This document shows, piece after piece, positions 37,017-51,043 of a DNA stretch of 64,000 nucleotides. The notes beneath the pieces were generated by a model that ran no database searches, had not been told where the DNA came from, and saw nothing but the letters and a program-made list of their open reading frames with translations. Made by a program: the position numbers and the translations under genes. Source of the DNA: Macrostomum lignano (taxonomy: Eukaryota); the NCBI GenBank assembly GCA_002269645.1, contig NIVC01002573.1, positions 1,116 to 65,115 on the forward strand. Direction: 5' to 3'. Each line of letters starts with the position of its first letter. Positions within the stretch are counted from its first letter, which is position 1.

Positions 37017-40000
37017 TCAGCAGCCTCCCGGATCGGACTTTCCCGTTGCCAAATCCTTGACGGAGAGGGCTGCCTCAGCGTGCTGTCGAATCATGTTGAC
37101 GAAAATCTGGTCCAATGACATCTGGTGCAGGCTGAAGTACTGCACGTTCAGCTCCGTCTTGTTGTCCGCCAGCCATCGAATGCTGTCGGAGAGGCTGGCC
37201 ACCGACTCCGTCGGGATCTGGAACTGTACCGATGCGCCGACGTCGTCCAGAACAGCGGCCTGGGGGAACTGCTGCTGAATAACCGCTTTCAGCACCGATT
37301 TGCGCAACGAGGTTTCGTGGAGATCCGCCGAAAAAGGCAGGAGAGCCTCCAGGGTGTAGGCCTTGCCGTAGCTGGGATGGACGTAAAGGGGTGAGGGCTG
37401 GGAGACGTCCGTGGCTCATTCTTGTAGATTGGTGTCAGAACCGACTTTTACTCTTAAAATGCTTACTCCTGACTTGTCCTTGTCCATGTTGCCAGTCCCA
37501 GCATCTGCAACTGTTCCTCCTACTTTCCCTATCCTTGTCACTGTTTCTGTCCCTGGTGCGGAACTATCAAACGCGATTCACTTACCGACTGCGCAGCTGC
37601 TGGACAGTGCCGAACCCGATCATGCCACCCCTGTCCATGATGCCCACCCTACCGCAGAGCGCCTCCACCTCCTCCATGCTGTGAGTAGTTACCACGACGG
37701 TTCGTTTACCGCCCTCTGCCAGGCTGCGGATTGCCTTCCAGATGGCGCGCTTGTTCTCCGGATCCACTCCGGTGGAGGCCTCATCGATGACAACAATGGA
37801 AGGGCAGCCAAGTAACGCAATGGCGAGGCAGAGGCGGCGCTTGTTGCCACCCGACAGCTCCTTGGCCGCCTTGAATCTGTGCTCGGCAAGGCCCAGGCCG
37901 CGAATCAGCCTGTCCGTCTGCTCTGGCACCAGAAGTTCGGGAATTCCGCGAACTCTCGAGTAAAAAGTCAGATGTTCCTCGACGGTGATGCGCCGGAAGA
38001 TCGGGTCGTGCTGCGGACAGAAGCCGATGATACCCAGCTGAGTGCCCAGCTGGCTGACCATCCAGTCGCCGTCAAATTGGCGCACCTCGACTTTACCTCG
38101 TGTCGCCGCTAGCTGCCCGACAATGGCTGACATCAGGGTGGTCTTTCCGGCTCCGTTCTGGCCCAGAAGGCCGAAGACCTCGCCAGTCATCGCCCGAAGG
38201 TGACGCCCCGAACTGCTCGCACGCCGTTCGGGTAGACTTTCTCCACGTCGCGAACCTCGAGTAGATTTTGATCGCTCCGAGGATTTTTCAACACACGCTG
38301 AGCCTCAGTTTGAACGCCGAGCTCGTCGTCATCTTTTTTACTCTGTTTGAGTTGGTGAGAGTCAGCGGCCTTGTCCTTGTTGCAGCACTGCTGCCCCAGG
38401 GAATAAACTGTAGGCCAGTTGTCCAGTAGTATCAGCAGCCCGAACAGCAGTACTATATGGAAAGCCATGGCAACAAGCGAGTGAATTGTGTCTGAATAGT
38501 TCAGAAAAACCTTCTGCAGCTCCGGTATGTCGCCCAGATGGCTTAGTTCAAAGAACAGCAGGCCATAGCCAGCCATTTTCATGGCCGTGAATGGCAGCAT
38601 CATGGGAGCCAGTGGAGGTACGAGCCACACGCACACGGCACCAGCGATGCGGTTCGTCATTACGAAAGTCAGGACGGCCAAGATGAAAAGGATGAAGAAC
38701 AGGTAGATGGCCAGCACGCTGTAGCTCGGAGTGCGCTGCAGAGCTCCTATGCAGTAGACGCTAAGCAAGTTGCTCACCGATCCCAGCAGTAGCATGGGAA
38801 TCCACACATTGTACAGCAGAAACAGACTCTGGTACCGATTCCAAACTAGGCACATTGCAGCCGATAGAACGATAAACACAGCATACTGGATCCAGTGAAT
38901 AGCGAACGTATTGAGCCAATAGATTTTGCTGTCTAATCCCATGACCCTCATCTGCTGCCTGACCCCGCTGGACCGGTCCTCAACCGGGTCAGACATGTAG
39001 GTGACGGGGACAACTGAGAACAGCAGGACAAGGACAAAAATTTCCATTTGAATTGTGTAGTATTGCGAAAACGGTACTACTGCGGTCAGGCGAACAGTTT
39101 TCCAAGGATCGCTATCGTCGTCTGTTGAAACAAAATATCGCCACATCATTGAGAAATAGTCGGCCATGGGCTTGAAGATCATTTCCGATCGAGATTTGTG
39201 CCAAAACTGTCCGATAACTAATGATCGATTGGCATTTAGGTGACTGGTGTTCCAAGAGCTAGCGTACAGAATGAAGCAGACGTTCTCGCAATTCTGCCGT
39301 AGCTCCGGGTTCAATAGACTGTCTGTAGGCAGGACAAACTTATCAACGCTGACAGACTTGGGCTTCAGCATTAATTTGGTTTTAAAAGCCTTAGGAAAAG
39401 CAGTCAAACAGGCGTTCGTTGCCATCTCCTCTTCATCGCTGGAATCAAAGAGGCAAACAAGGTTTTCTGAAAGAGCTGTCGGCAAAACTGGAACTCTGAT
39501 CAGCTCGGACTGCGACTGCTTCATTGTGTTTTCCAACAGATCAACCGGAGACATTTTGTGACCCTCTCTGGTAAGATGCTTTGCTATCGACTGGCTCAGC
39601 TCATACCGTTTCTTTCCACGAAAGCAACGGAGAATACGATAGCCAGCAGCACCAAAGGCATGACTAGACGGCAAAGCGCTTGCACGGGCGAGCGAACCTG
39701 CCGGCGAAGGTTCATGACCAAAAGCGAGCCGAAAGTCTTGGAAAATGAGCGCTGCAGTTTATTAGCCTTGTAGTAATCCAGTCGTAGTTCAAGTAGAGAA
39801 TGGTCTACTCTAGAAGTCACTAGTTTTAGTTCATCGTCTGGACTTTTGAGGCTCACAATGCTGGCCAGTCTCCGATTTTTGATCGCCGAAACCACATCCA
39901 TTGTGTTGAAATTTTCCAGACGCATAAAAATCTCGTCGAGGTTAGCCTGAGACACACCGAACGCTTCTACAGGGGACCCGTTCTGCCACTGCAGCTCTTC

Positions 40001-42646
40001 AAGAATCTTCACAGTCTCAGCCAACAAATGCAGCTCTGAAGAGGCTATCGACCCAGAAGACGACACACTCAGCTGAAGCTCCGTTCCGGACCGATTGAGA
40101 AGGTGAACACCCAGCGGTATCGATTCCAATAGTTGCGCTGCGTCCTGGCTCGACCTCAACGATATGCCAATTGTGGGACAGCAGCCGAACAAATGCTTGA
40201 GAAACAGCGACGATCCGGCGCAGACCAGTCGGCCTCCAGAGAGGAACAGCTTTCTGTCCGCCAGCACGTCCGCCTCGTCCATGAACTGCGTGCACAGCAT
40301 AATGCAGCGGCCTTGCCTGCGCTCCTGCAGGATTCGCCACAGGCAGCGCCGCGACACGGGGTCCAGACCGCTGGTGGGCTCGTCCAGCATCACGATTTTC
40401 GGGTCACCAATAAGCGCAATGATGCAGCACAGCTTCCGAGCTGGCCGCCGCTCAGGTCGAAGGCTTGAACATCGGCCTTGTCCGCTAATCCGAGCTGCTC
40501 CATCATAGTTTTAATGTTGTCAATTTGACTCTCCAGCATGAAACCTTTGCTCAGGGTTGCTAAAGTAATACTTTCCATCACGGTGAGCTGCTGACAGAGC
40601 ACGTTTGTCTGACCGCAGGTGCTAACTACGCGCCGCAGTGCCATGCGTTGGTACGGGTCCGTGACGAGGCGATCGCCGATTACAGCCACGCCGCTTGTCG
40701 GCGTCTGCTCGCCCGTCAGCGTTCGAATCAGGGTTGTTTTCCCAGCGCCATTGTGCCCGATCAAAGCCGTGATCTGGTCTTGATAGATGGTACCTGCGGA
40801 TTAGTGCTAACTTGATTATAGGAAGCATCGTCAAGAACGGTCTTAAACAGTTGGGGAGAAATTTCAGTCATTCGATGGTTTCAGCAAAATGAAGTTCAAA
40901 TGAAATAAAAGAAATAAACGAATATACGAAAGCTCAAGTTTTGAATTCCAACTCTTCATTTCCCTAATTTTTAACAGCCATAAGTTTTCGTACAAATATA
41001 TACTTATTCTAACAAGCGTAGCGAAATATACCCGTAGCCTTTTGCTTGATGTAGTGAAGCATTTGAACATTGACAAACTCAGTCCAACAAGGAGAGATTC
41101 TGGATTTTTTCTACTTTTCAACTTTCGACTCACATGAAATTGAGTCGAGCGCCTGCACCACGGTTTCCTGATTTTCCAGCGCGCAGCAGCCGCGGTCGTA
41201 GCACACGCTGATGTCGTTGATGTAAATGGCTGGCAGGCCGGAGTGCAGCGGCTCGATGTAGGACTTGCTGCAATCCGAGTCGGCGCAGCTGACGGGAATC
41301 GAGCTGACCATCTTGGCCTCATCGGGCAGCCAGAAGCTTCTGCTGAATGGAAAGGTCAGCGGCAGACCCATTCCGTTTCCGCTGCTGAGCACGAAATCCG
41401 CGTATATCGTGAGCAGCGTGACAACGATAGGGAAAATCAGCATTCCATTCGGAATTTTTTGCAAGTAGCTGATTTGCGCTTCGTGCCAGTCGCGTGAGGT
41501 TTTTGGTAGCAGAGTATAAAGAGCGTACTGCGTCATGTGGCCAGGTGGGAACACCAGCAGCACATTCAATAGGTAGTCATCTGATTTCATTGCCATGATG
41601 CGGATCACTCCCAGGACTGTGACTGTGACCACCGAAATGATGATGGCCACGGTGGCAACTACAATGAGGAAGAAGGAGCGCAACAGCACAGTGGCTAGAA
41701 GACTCAGAGACACTAAGGAGAAGCAGTAGGCATAGAACATCATTGACAGTTTGATGGCTGATCCTTTCGGGTAGAAATTGGGGCACTGAAGCGCGTAGCA
41801 GGGCCCAATAATGGCCGAGAAGACTGCGCATTCTATAGCTATGGAAACGATGATGACAGTCCAATACGCTCCCACTGACAGCCCGTTGCTGATCATGAGC
41901 TGCAGGTAGCCGCTCTCTTTGAGACCAGCGATGAAGGCGATAGTGGTGGCGGTGAAGTGAACCATGCAGCCGGCAGTAGCGATGAGGATGTGGTACAGCA
42001 CAGTGTGCATCAGCGCCACAAACACGTTTCCAGTGGATTCGACGCGGCTGCAAATCGAGCGCCGACTCGCTCTGTGCGTCTCCGTCTTGGAATGATCGAC
42101 AGTATCAGTTAGGCTTATGAACTGTACGTCCCTGAAGACTCGGCCGCTGGGACTTAGGGACTGAAGCGCGAGATGGTGAAGGAACGGACAGGCCAGCTCT
42201 TCTTCCTGCAGTACGGTGCACTCAACCAGCGCTGTACTCTTCGACTCGAAACTGATTCGAGCGAACATTTCCCCGGTGGTTGCGGGACGCAGCTGCTTAT
42301 AGAACTGAAGGCTGCAGCTCTGCGGTGACCCGCACTGGATAAGCCAATTGTTCCTCGGTTTGCCGGCCGCAACCAACGCCTGCAGATTGCTGATTGGCCG
42401 TGAAAAATTCCCACTGCTCCCAACCAGCGCCTTCCAGGGAAAAGTCCCGGCGTTCATCAACTTTCGAGCGACAGTTTCCTCATTTGAGCTCATCACGCCA
42501 GACAGGACTTCGAACAGCCAGAAATTCGACGGCAGAAGCAATATAGCCACAACAAACACTGGTAGGCGCTGGGCCTTGAACTTCAGCAGAAGGAGCAGCA
42601 AATACAGGGCCTGTCTCACCCGTATCGAGTAGCTAACGGAAAACAT
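37017..42646 (-). CDS. Full ABCA transporter (ABCA5/6/8/9/10-like), copy 1; three single-base frameshifts
   Basis: Exons 42646-41134, 40793-37586, 37371-37017 (GT-AG). NBD1 [34 protein letters not shown]; NBD2 [35 protein letters not shown]. -1 shifts at ~40437, ~39606 and ~38193, each a missing C/G in a short run. Confidence 0.88.
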
Positions 42647-43580
42647 CGTGATAATTACGAGAGTGCGCTACCAAGATGGGCGAGGTGTGATTTAAATCTT
42701 TTCGGGTTCAATTTTTTTCAATGCAACAAATAATTCATCTGAATACTATTATCATAGACAATTTAGAGACTGCCGTCATTACAGCTGAAATCTACGTACT
42801 TCGAATTTGGCGAATTTGCAAGCTATAAATACATTCTTACTTCCGAGCAATCTTTGATATCGCCAGAGACCAGAGTTTCGTCTAAGCAATCGATCATTTG
42901 CGTGCAGATACTGCTCAAATAGCCCGTTCATTTAATATGTTGAGAACCATCCCCCTATCCCTTTGCTATGTGCATGCAACAACTTCACGTACACTACTGA
43001 AAGACTATTCAAATAAATGGAAGTCCTCAGAGCATAATTAGCCTCAGGCACGTGTAAAAAACAGCCTACATGTACATATATGCTTGTATTCCTTGCATGT
43101 CCTTAGAGCTACCTGAGCTAGCTGCAACAGGATACTTAATCAAAGAGGAGGGAAATGAGTTACGAGAAATTCATAATAACCATTCCGGATGTCTCACTAA
43201 ACCGTAAGCGTACACGAGTCAGCTGCTCGATAGTTGATGGTGGTCATCTGTACTCTAAACTCAAATAATTCAAACAATTCAAAACTCCAAGACTTGATTT
43301 AGTTTTAAATAAAATAGCTGCGTTCAGGTACTTCAAGTACGTGGTAGCTTTTGGATCAAAAGTATATTCTTTTGCTTGCGACTTTAGTTAAAAGTCGCGT
43401 TCGCTTGTCGCACATGTAGTAAACCTCAATGTTCTTTTAGTTTTTAAACTGAATTTTAAGGCTGTTTTTCCAAAAATGACGGCGGAAAACAGTGAGATCG
43501 GACAGCGAAACACAGTTGATAGAATAAAAAAATAACAGCCATGTATTATGCTGCAAGCAGTGGTAAGATAATGTTAGAAC

Positions 43581-46500
43581 TCAGACTTCTACATCTGCAT
43601 AGTTTGCAACTGTGTGCTTGCGCATCATTTTGACGAATATCTGGTCGAGAGACATCTGGTAGAGACTGAAGAACTGCACATTCAGCTTAGCTCTCATGTT
43701 GGCCAACCACTGGATCCTTGCTGACAGTCTAGCCGTGGTCGGAGTCGGTATCCGGAACTGGACTGACGCCCCAACATCATCAATGAGGATGGCATGAGGA
43801 AACTTTTTCTTAATGGCCGACTTCAATTCAGCCTTGCGTTTCGACAGTTTATCTTGGCTCGACGTAGCCGACAGCAGAGCATCCAAGGTGTAGTCTTTGC
43901 CGTACCTGTAAGAGATTCATGAAAATTTGACAGATAGAGCCTGCTGAAGCCCAGAGATCAGAGTAGACTGGGATGAACTGGTGAAAAGTTTTCTATGCTT
44001 GGTATAATGACGAGCAAAAAGTAAAAAACTCAGCAGATAATTTTCGCACAGAGGTACTCACTAATACGGTACTATTGTCCAAGTACCTGTCAGTCGCGAG
44101 AAAATGCAGCTAAAGCCTATACTTTCGCTTCCTTGCTGCTCCTCTGACCCACTGCACTAAACAAAAAAATACTTACTGACTTCGCAGCTGCTGGACAGTG
44201 CCGAATCCGATCATGCTGCCTTTGTCCATGACGCACAGTCTGCTGCAGAGCGCCTCCACCTCCTCCATGCTGTGCGTGGTCACCACCACTGTCCGATGAC
44301 CGCCCAGTGCTATACCGCGGATCGCCCGCCAGATGCCGCGTTTATTCTCCGGATCTACTCCTGAGGAGGCCTCATCAATGACGACAACAGATGGACATCC
44401 AAGAAGCGCAATGGCGAGGCACAGGCTGCGTTTATTACCACATGAAAGTTGTTTAGCTGGCTTGAACCTATCATCGACAAGTCCGAGTCCTTGAATGAGC
44501 CTGTCTGTCTGCTTCATGACAGTGTTCTCTGGAACGCCTCGGATACGCGCGTAGAAGATAATGTGCTCCTCAACTGTGACTTGTCGGAACAGCGGATCGT
44601 GCTGCGGGCAGAAGCCAACGACGCCGCGCTGAGTTCCCAGGTGACTTTCCAGCCAGGCGCCGCCCAAATGGCGGACCTCGACTTCGCCACTCGATGCGGT
44701 CAGCTGTCCGACGATGGCCGACATCAGAGTAGTCTTTCCGGCTCCGTTCTGGCCGAGCAGGCCGAAAATTTCACCGGTCATGGCGCCAAAGGTGACGCCG
44801 CGCACTGCATAGACGCCGTTGGGGTAGACTTTCTCCACATTGCGGACTTCCAGCAAGTTTTGGTTGCTCCTCGGATTCTTTAATAGCCGCTCTGTTTCCA
44901 TCAGAACGCCTTTTTCATCTTGTTCATTTAATTTTCTTTTCTGTCTGCGCTTAGCGACATTTCGAGATGCACATCGCGCGTTTGCAAAATATTTAATAGC
45001 GGACCAGTTTTCGGTAATGATTAACAATATGATTAGCAATAAAATATGAGCTCCCATTGCACTGAGTGCATGTACGGTGGCAGATAAATTTAAAAAAGTC
45101 TCTCGCAGTTCGGGAATTTCTTTCGTCAACTCCTCGTTATGGTAAAGTAAGCCATAAACAACAATTTTCAGTGCCGTGAAGGTCAGCATCATGGGAGCGA
45201 GCGGTGGAACGAGCCACATCGCAATTGCGCTGGCGATGCGGCTTTTCATTAAAAACGTGACCACGGACAAGACGAAGAGGATGAAGAACAGGTATATCGC
45301 TAAGACACTGTTGCTTGGAATGCGCTGCATCGCACCAATGCAGTAGATACACAGAAGGTTGCTCACGGTGCCCAGCAGCAGAAGTGGAAGCCAAACATAG
45401 CAGAACAGAAATGCGCTGATATACCGATCCCATATCATGCACACGAGAATTGATAGCACAGCGAATGTCAGGTACTGAATCCAGTGGATGACGAACGTGT
45501 TGACCCAGTAAGCAAAGCTGCTCAGTCCCATGATTTGCATCTGTTGCCTGACGCCAGTGGATCTATCTTCAACAGGGTCGGACATGAAGGTGACTGGGAT
45601 GATCGAGAATAGCAAAACTAGAACAATAAGCTCGTTTTGAATGCTGTAGTATTGCAGAAACGGTATGACGCTTATCATGTGAACCGATTCCGGAGAGATG
45701 TCATCGGGGGCAAACATTTTCCAAAGTTTTACAAAGTAGGAAGCCAGCGGCTTTTCCGACACTTCATGCCGGGGCTTGCGCCAAAAGTGTCCAATAGAAA
45801 ATGATCTGTCTCCATTTGATTGTGTCCCGCTCCATGAACTGGCATAAATGATGTAACAATGCTCTTTGCAGAGATTCTCTAGCTCCGGTCTTAACTGCTG
45901 ACCAGGAAGAATGAAATCTCCGATTGACTCCTTGCCCTTCCGCACCACATCGAAGTGGTAGTTGGCCAGATATTTGCAGGCAATCCGAGCGACTTTTTCT
46001 TCTCCTGTTTTGTCGTACACGCAAACAACATTGTCAGTTGAATACAGTGATACTACTGGCTTTCTGACAGCTTCTGCCATAATTTGCTGCACTGTAGAGG
46101 TATAAATCAGCTCTTTAAAGGACCTGTTGTAGGAGACATCCCAGATAAGATACTTTGCCATGGGATAGTTTACCTTGTAGTTGTTTTTTTCCATGTAAGC
46201 CAAAATGCCAACAACTGCAATGAGCACAAGAGGCATCACAAAGCGGCAAATGACTTGCACCGACGATCTTACCTGACGGCGCAGATTCGTCGCCATCAGC
46301 GATGCAAATGTCCTGCAAACTGAACGCCGCAGCTGACTAACTTCAAGATCGTTCTGCCGTAGTAGTGCCAAATCTCCCATGCGCCTTTTTGGCGGCTCTT
46401 CCTTTGTGGATATACTTATCATACTGGCTAGGTTTCGGGACCGAATGCCCGATACAATAAACCCAGTGTCCAGATCCTTGATGCGCATAAAAATATCGTC

Positions 46501-49111
46501 CAAGTTGGCTTGCGACACACCGAATGCGGCAACTGGGGATCCTTTTCGTCTTCTATGCCACTCGAGCTTCTTCACAACGGCAGCTAGCAGGTGCAACTCA
46601 GAGGCTGCTTTTGACTGTGCAAATGAGACGTTTAACTGCAGCTCCGTGCCTGATTGGTTGATCAGAGTAACCCCGCGTGGCAATGTGTGGACGAACGCTT
46701 GAGCCTTCCGTTCAGGTCTCAGCGATACGTTGATAGTTGGGCAACAGCCAAATCGATTCTTTAGGAACAGCGACGATCCCGCGCAGATAAGCCGGCCTCC
46801 AGAAATCACCACTTTTCTATCTGCTAGCATATCCGCCTCGTCCATGAACTGAGTGCACATTATGAGACAGCGACCTTGCTTGCGCTCTTCCATAATCTGC
46901 CAGAGATGCCTTCTAGACACGGGGTCGAGACCCCTAGTGGGATCGTCCAGCAAAATTATTTCCGGGTCACCCAGCAGAGATATGATGCAGCACAGCTTTC
47001 GCAACTGTCCACCGCTCAGGTCCACTGCTCGAACATTTTCCTTGCCACTTAGCAGCAGTCGCTCAAGCATTTTATTGACATTTTCAAGCTGGCTCTCCAA
47101 TGTAAAGCCTTTGCTCAATGCTGCCAGCTTGAGGCTCTCCATCACAGTGAGCTGCTGGCTCAGCATGTTTGTCTGGCTGCAGACGCTCACGATTCGGCGC
47201 AGTGTCATGCATTGGTAGGGGTCGCGGACCATCCGATTGCCGATGTAAGCAGCGCCGCTTGACGGAGTCAGGTCGCCAGTGAGAGCCCGGATCAGAGTGG
47301 TCTTTCCAGCACCGTTGTGCCCGATCAGGGCGGTAATCTGGTCGCGGTAGATTGTGCCTGCAATATTTGGCAGTTTGGAGAAACCAGTGCACATTTTTTA
47401 TGATGCGAAGCTGTCCAATTTTTAGCGGCACATTTGTATTCACTTTTTAAAGCTTAGTTTGCAAGTAAACTATTTTACGGTTCAAACAAAAACAAAAGAA
47501 ATTACGTAGAAAGAAAATAACTCTATCAGGTTTTCACTTACAGGTAAATGAATCCAAGGCTTGAACAAAATTTTCCCGGTTTCTGAACGGAGTGCAGCCT
47601 CGTTCGTAGCTAACGCTTAAATCATTCACGCAAACTGCCGGCGACCCACCGGGCACTGGTTCTATCGTCTCGGGGTCCTCCGGCTCTTTAAATTCCATGG
47701 GTAGGTCAGTCTTGGGTGCGTCTTCCTTAGGCATCCAGAAACTTGGACTAAATATATAAGTAAAAGGTAGCCGAAAGCCGTTGCCGCTGCTTATCATGAA
47801 GTCTAAATATATCGCCAGCACTGTCATGACGAGAGGAAATGCCATCATTCCTGTTAGCGCTGTCTTCAGATAGTCCTTCTGAAAATTATTCCATTTCATG
47901 TACTCATTAGATCGAAAAGTGTATAATGTGTACAGCGAATATTGAACCACGTGACCAGGTGGGAATATCAACAGAGTGTTAAGAATGTAGTCCATCTCCT
48001 CCATTTTTGTCAGATTAATCACGCCCAACACAGTGATTGAAACCATCGCCATGATGATGGCCACCGTAGCCACCACAATGAGGTAGAAGGTGCGCAGAAG
48101 CACAGTCAGCAGGAGGCTCAGCGACGCCATCGAGTAGATGTAGGCGAAGAAGACGAGTCCGAACTGTAGCGCACGCTTTGCAGGAAAATAGTCTGAGCAC
48201 TGCAGCGTGTAGCAGGGCCCGATGACTGCGGAAAACACTGCGCACTCCACCACTACTGAAGTGATGATAACAGTCCAGTAGGCTCCCACCGACAGTCCAT
48301 TGCTGAACATGAGCTGCAGGAAGCCGCACTCTTTCAGACCAGAGATGAATGCGATGGTGGAGGCAGTGAAATACACCATGCAGCCGGCTGTGGCGATGAG
48401 TAAGTGGTAGAGCAAAGTGACAGTGAATGTATAGAACATTTGTCCAGTGGACTCAACTCGTTCGCATATTGTATTGGCCCTTTTCTTGCTTGGCAGCACG
48501 CCGACACCCTGGTTTTTAGGGAGCTCTCGATCCAAGGTGTCGGTGTAGCTCACGAACTGGACGTCACGGAAGAGGCGGCCGTCCTTGCTCAGGGAGCGCA
48601 ACATCAGCTGGTGGAGGAACGGGCAGGCCAGGTCGGCCTCTGGCATGTGGAAGCACTCAACGAAGTGTCCGACTTTGGAGCTGTAGCTGACGTGAGCAGC
48701 TTTGCTAACTTTGACTTCGTCGAGCGCTTTTTTGTAAAAATCTAAGCTGCAAGATTTCCTGCTGCGGCATTCTTTCATCCAATCTGGTTTCCATCCATTC
48801 ACTGTTGCAAGCTTTTCCAGCCTGTCCATTTTGTTTAAAATGTTCCCTTCGTGACTGACCGAGATGTTCCAGGTAAATCGCTCTGAATCAACTATCTTCT
48901 GCGCACTGACTTGGCCATCGGAGCTGCCGGCCAGTGACTGAACCTCGAGTAGCCAGAAGTTCGAAGGTAGCAGCACGATAGCAGCAATGAAGAGCGGAAC
49001 ACGGAGAATCTTGAACTTGAGCAGCAAGAACAGGAGAAACACGGCTTGCTTTATCCGGATCGAAAAAGTAATCTTTCGGGCCGACGATTTCAAATGCTGC
49101 ATAGCCGCCAT
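43581..49111 (-). CDS. Full ABCA transporter (ABCA5/6/8/9/10-like), copy 2, 1691 aa, intact
   Basis: Exons 49111-47542, 47357-44177, 43905-43581 = 5076 nt in frame, with the same two intron positions as copy 1. TMD-NBD-TMD-NBD layout; ADRK...[11 protein letters not shown] motif as in the ABCA5 subgroup. Confidence 0.93.
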
Positions 49112-49681
49112 GATTCAAAGTAGAAAAGTTTATAGCAGTCGGTAGAACTCTATTGTGCCATCGCTAAGCGACTATCGGGCGAGCTGAATTTCAATATCAC
49201 CATAGACGATTACGACATTCACTTTGGCTCGCAACGGCGGGCCAATAATACCAGTAAAGTTGCTTGTAACTTCTAGTTTTTTCTGCTGTTCGTAAGTCTA
49301 TGGGTCTAATTAAAAGTTCGAAAAAATTAAAGATAATAAACGGCTCTCAGTCGTTAGATTTCTATTGTGTTTTGGTGGGAACGACCACCGCGCATAGCAC
49401 TGTAGTTGTACTACACCGATTCTTGGGAATGTTAAGACTGAGTTTTGCTTGTATCGATTTGCTTGCAATCTCACTATATAGCAAAATGTGTCCATGTGTC
49501 TGGCGACTCAGGCTGGCTGGCAACGTCATACGGTCGGACAGTCGCCGCCTCGAGCCGTTACACGACCTTCTGTTGTAGACGCGCAGGGTTTGTGGAGACG
49601 AGGTCATGGGCAAACGAGTCCTAACCCGAGCTGCTTCCGAGGGATGCGAGAGCCCCTATTCTGAATTTGACTGAAGGAGTT

Positions 49682-49830
49682 GACTTTTTTAGAAGTGCGA
49701 CGTAAAGGCGTGTATTCTGCCGCCTCCAACCCTCTGTGGCCACTTGTGGCCAACGAGAGGTGTATTTTGTTGTTGTTGCTGGTTTTGTTGTTGTGTCCAC
49801 GCAATTGAATACACAATAACTAAGTTCTAT
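49682..49830 (+). mobile_element. Dispersed repeat family C, copy 2
   Basis: Homologous to 31052-31185; has a (ttg)n expansion. Confidence 0.7.
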
Positions 49831-50433
49831 GTTTTATACGCTTATAACATTTCAAGACTTTGCAGGCTTTTTAAAATTTAGTCATTTGACAGATTTGTCA
49901 TCTATTTAAGAACCAAATCTTCAGACTGTACTTAATCAACTATCTGAGTCTTTAATAATCAAGAAAAAATCACACCTCTGATCGAGTCAGTCACCTGAGC
50001 ATCGGGAAAGCCCCAGCTTGGAGTTGTACAGCGAGTGCCCTCAGGTGCTGCACTGCACTTGAAGCCCAAAACTCCCTGTGCAGGTATTGTGGCCTCTTAT
50101 TGCTGCTTGATGAGTTTCTTTCACCTTTATTGAAGCTTGTCGATTGCGCTGAGTTGAGTCATCATTTGTTTTTGAGAACTTGCAGACAAAGCCGAATGCG
50201 CGACTGCATTTTTGTGAATCAACAGGCAGACTTCTTCAAGATCAGGGTCGCACATACGCCAGTCAATGTCAAAAGTTCTCGAAGTCCCTTGTGATTGATA
50301 ATGTGACACCCGGTCTTCTGTATATTCAGCTCATGAACTAGATCGGAGAACTCTATTGAATTTACTGAGCGGATGTATTGGCGCTTATCTCCAAACCCAG
50401 CCGGGCGTTTTAATCACTATATTTGGAAATATT

Positions 50434-50436
<3 letters not shown>

Positions 50437-50497
<61 letters not shown>
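50437..50497. repeat. (GA)n microsatellite
   Basis: Perfect dinucleotide run. Confidence 0.98.
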
Positions 50498-50500
<3 letters not shown>

Positions 50501-51043
50501 GGTGAGAGACACTGGGCATCGAACACAATTACCGGGCGGGGGGTTAAACTTTAAACAACACTAAAAAGAAAACAAGGCATGAGCCACCTGGCTGAGGCAT
50601 ACACAAGCAGGGGTGATTCAAGAAAACAACAAAACAAGGGGGAGACAAACGCATGGTGGTGACTCATTTGAGGACGGGGTGCACTTGCACTGCAAGAGTG
50701 GGCGATGCAACACCACAACACGTCGAAAACCTTTTAACAGAAGTAGCTATTAGCTTTTCTGGAAAACCATTAAAACGCATTAGGATGTATGGTATGCAAG
50801 TGTTTTGAAACAAATTTAGCAAGAAGACGTTTTATCAAAGGCCTTGAATACCTTCGTGTTGTAGATCACACCATAAACGTTGTTACATGCATAGCGTAAC
50901 TAGGCCGTAAATGTTTTTTTTCGCAAAGCAAAAAGGAAAATGAATTTCCACATTTTTATTTCCGATACGCTTGATTACTAAATCGGTCGAACATTGAAAG
51001 TAGCAATCGCTGGCGAAGAATTGAACAGGTGAATCAAAGCTAA

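Noticed and set aside
37017-42646. Programmed frameshifting or true pseudogene status for ABCA copy 1 and protease B
   Set aside because: No slippery heptamers or nonsense codons; the pattern fits sequencing deletions better. Not excluded without reads.
43581-49111. Horizontal transfer or bacterial contamination, suggested by very long ABCA exons
   Set aside because: Canonical GT-AG introns at shared positions in both copies and a full eukaryotic ABCA5-type architecture.
49500-49660. HDV-like ribozyme (ggcgact/agtcgcc 7-bp helix)
   Set aside because: No valid P3/L3 ahead of the 3' strand and no J4/2-P2.
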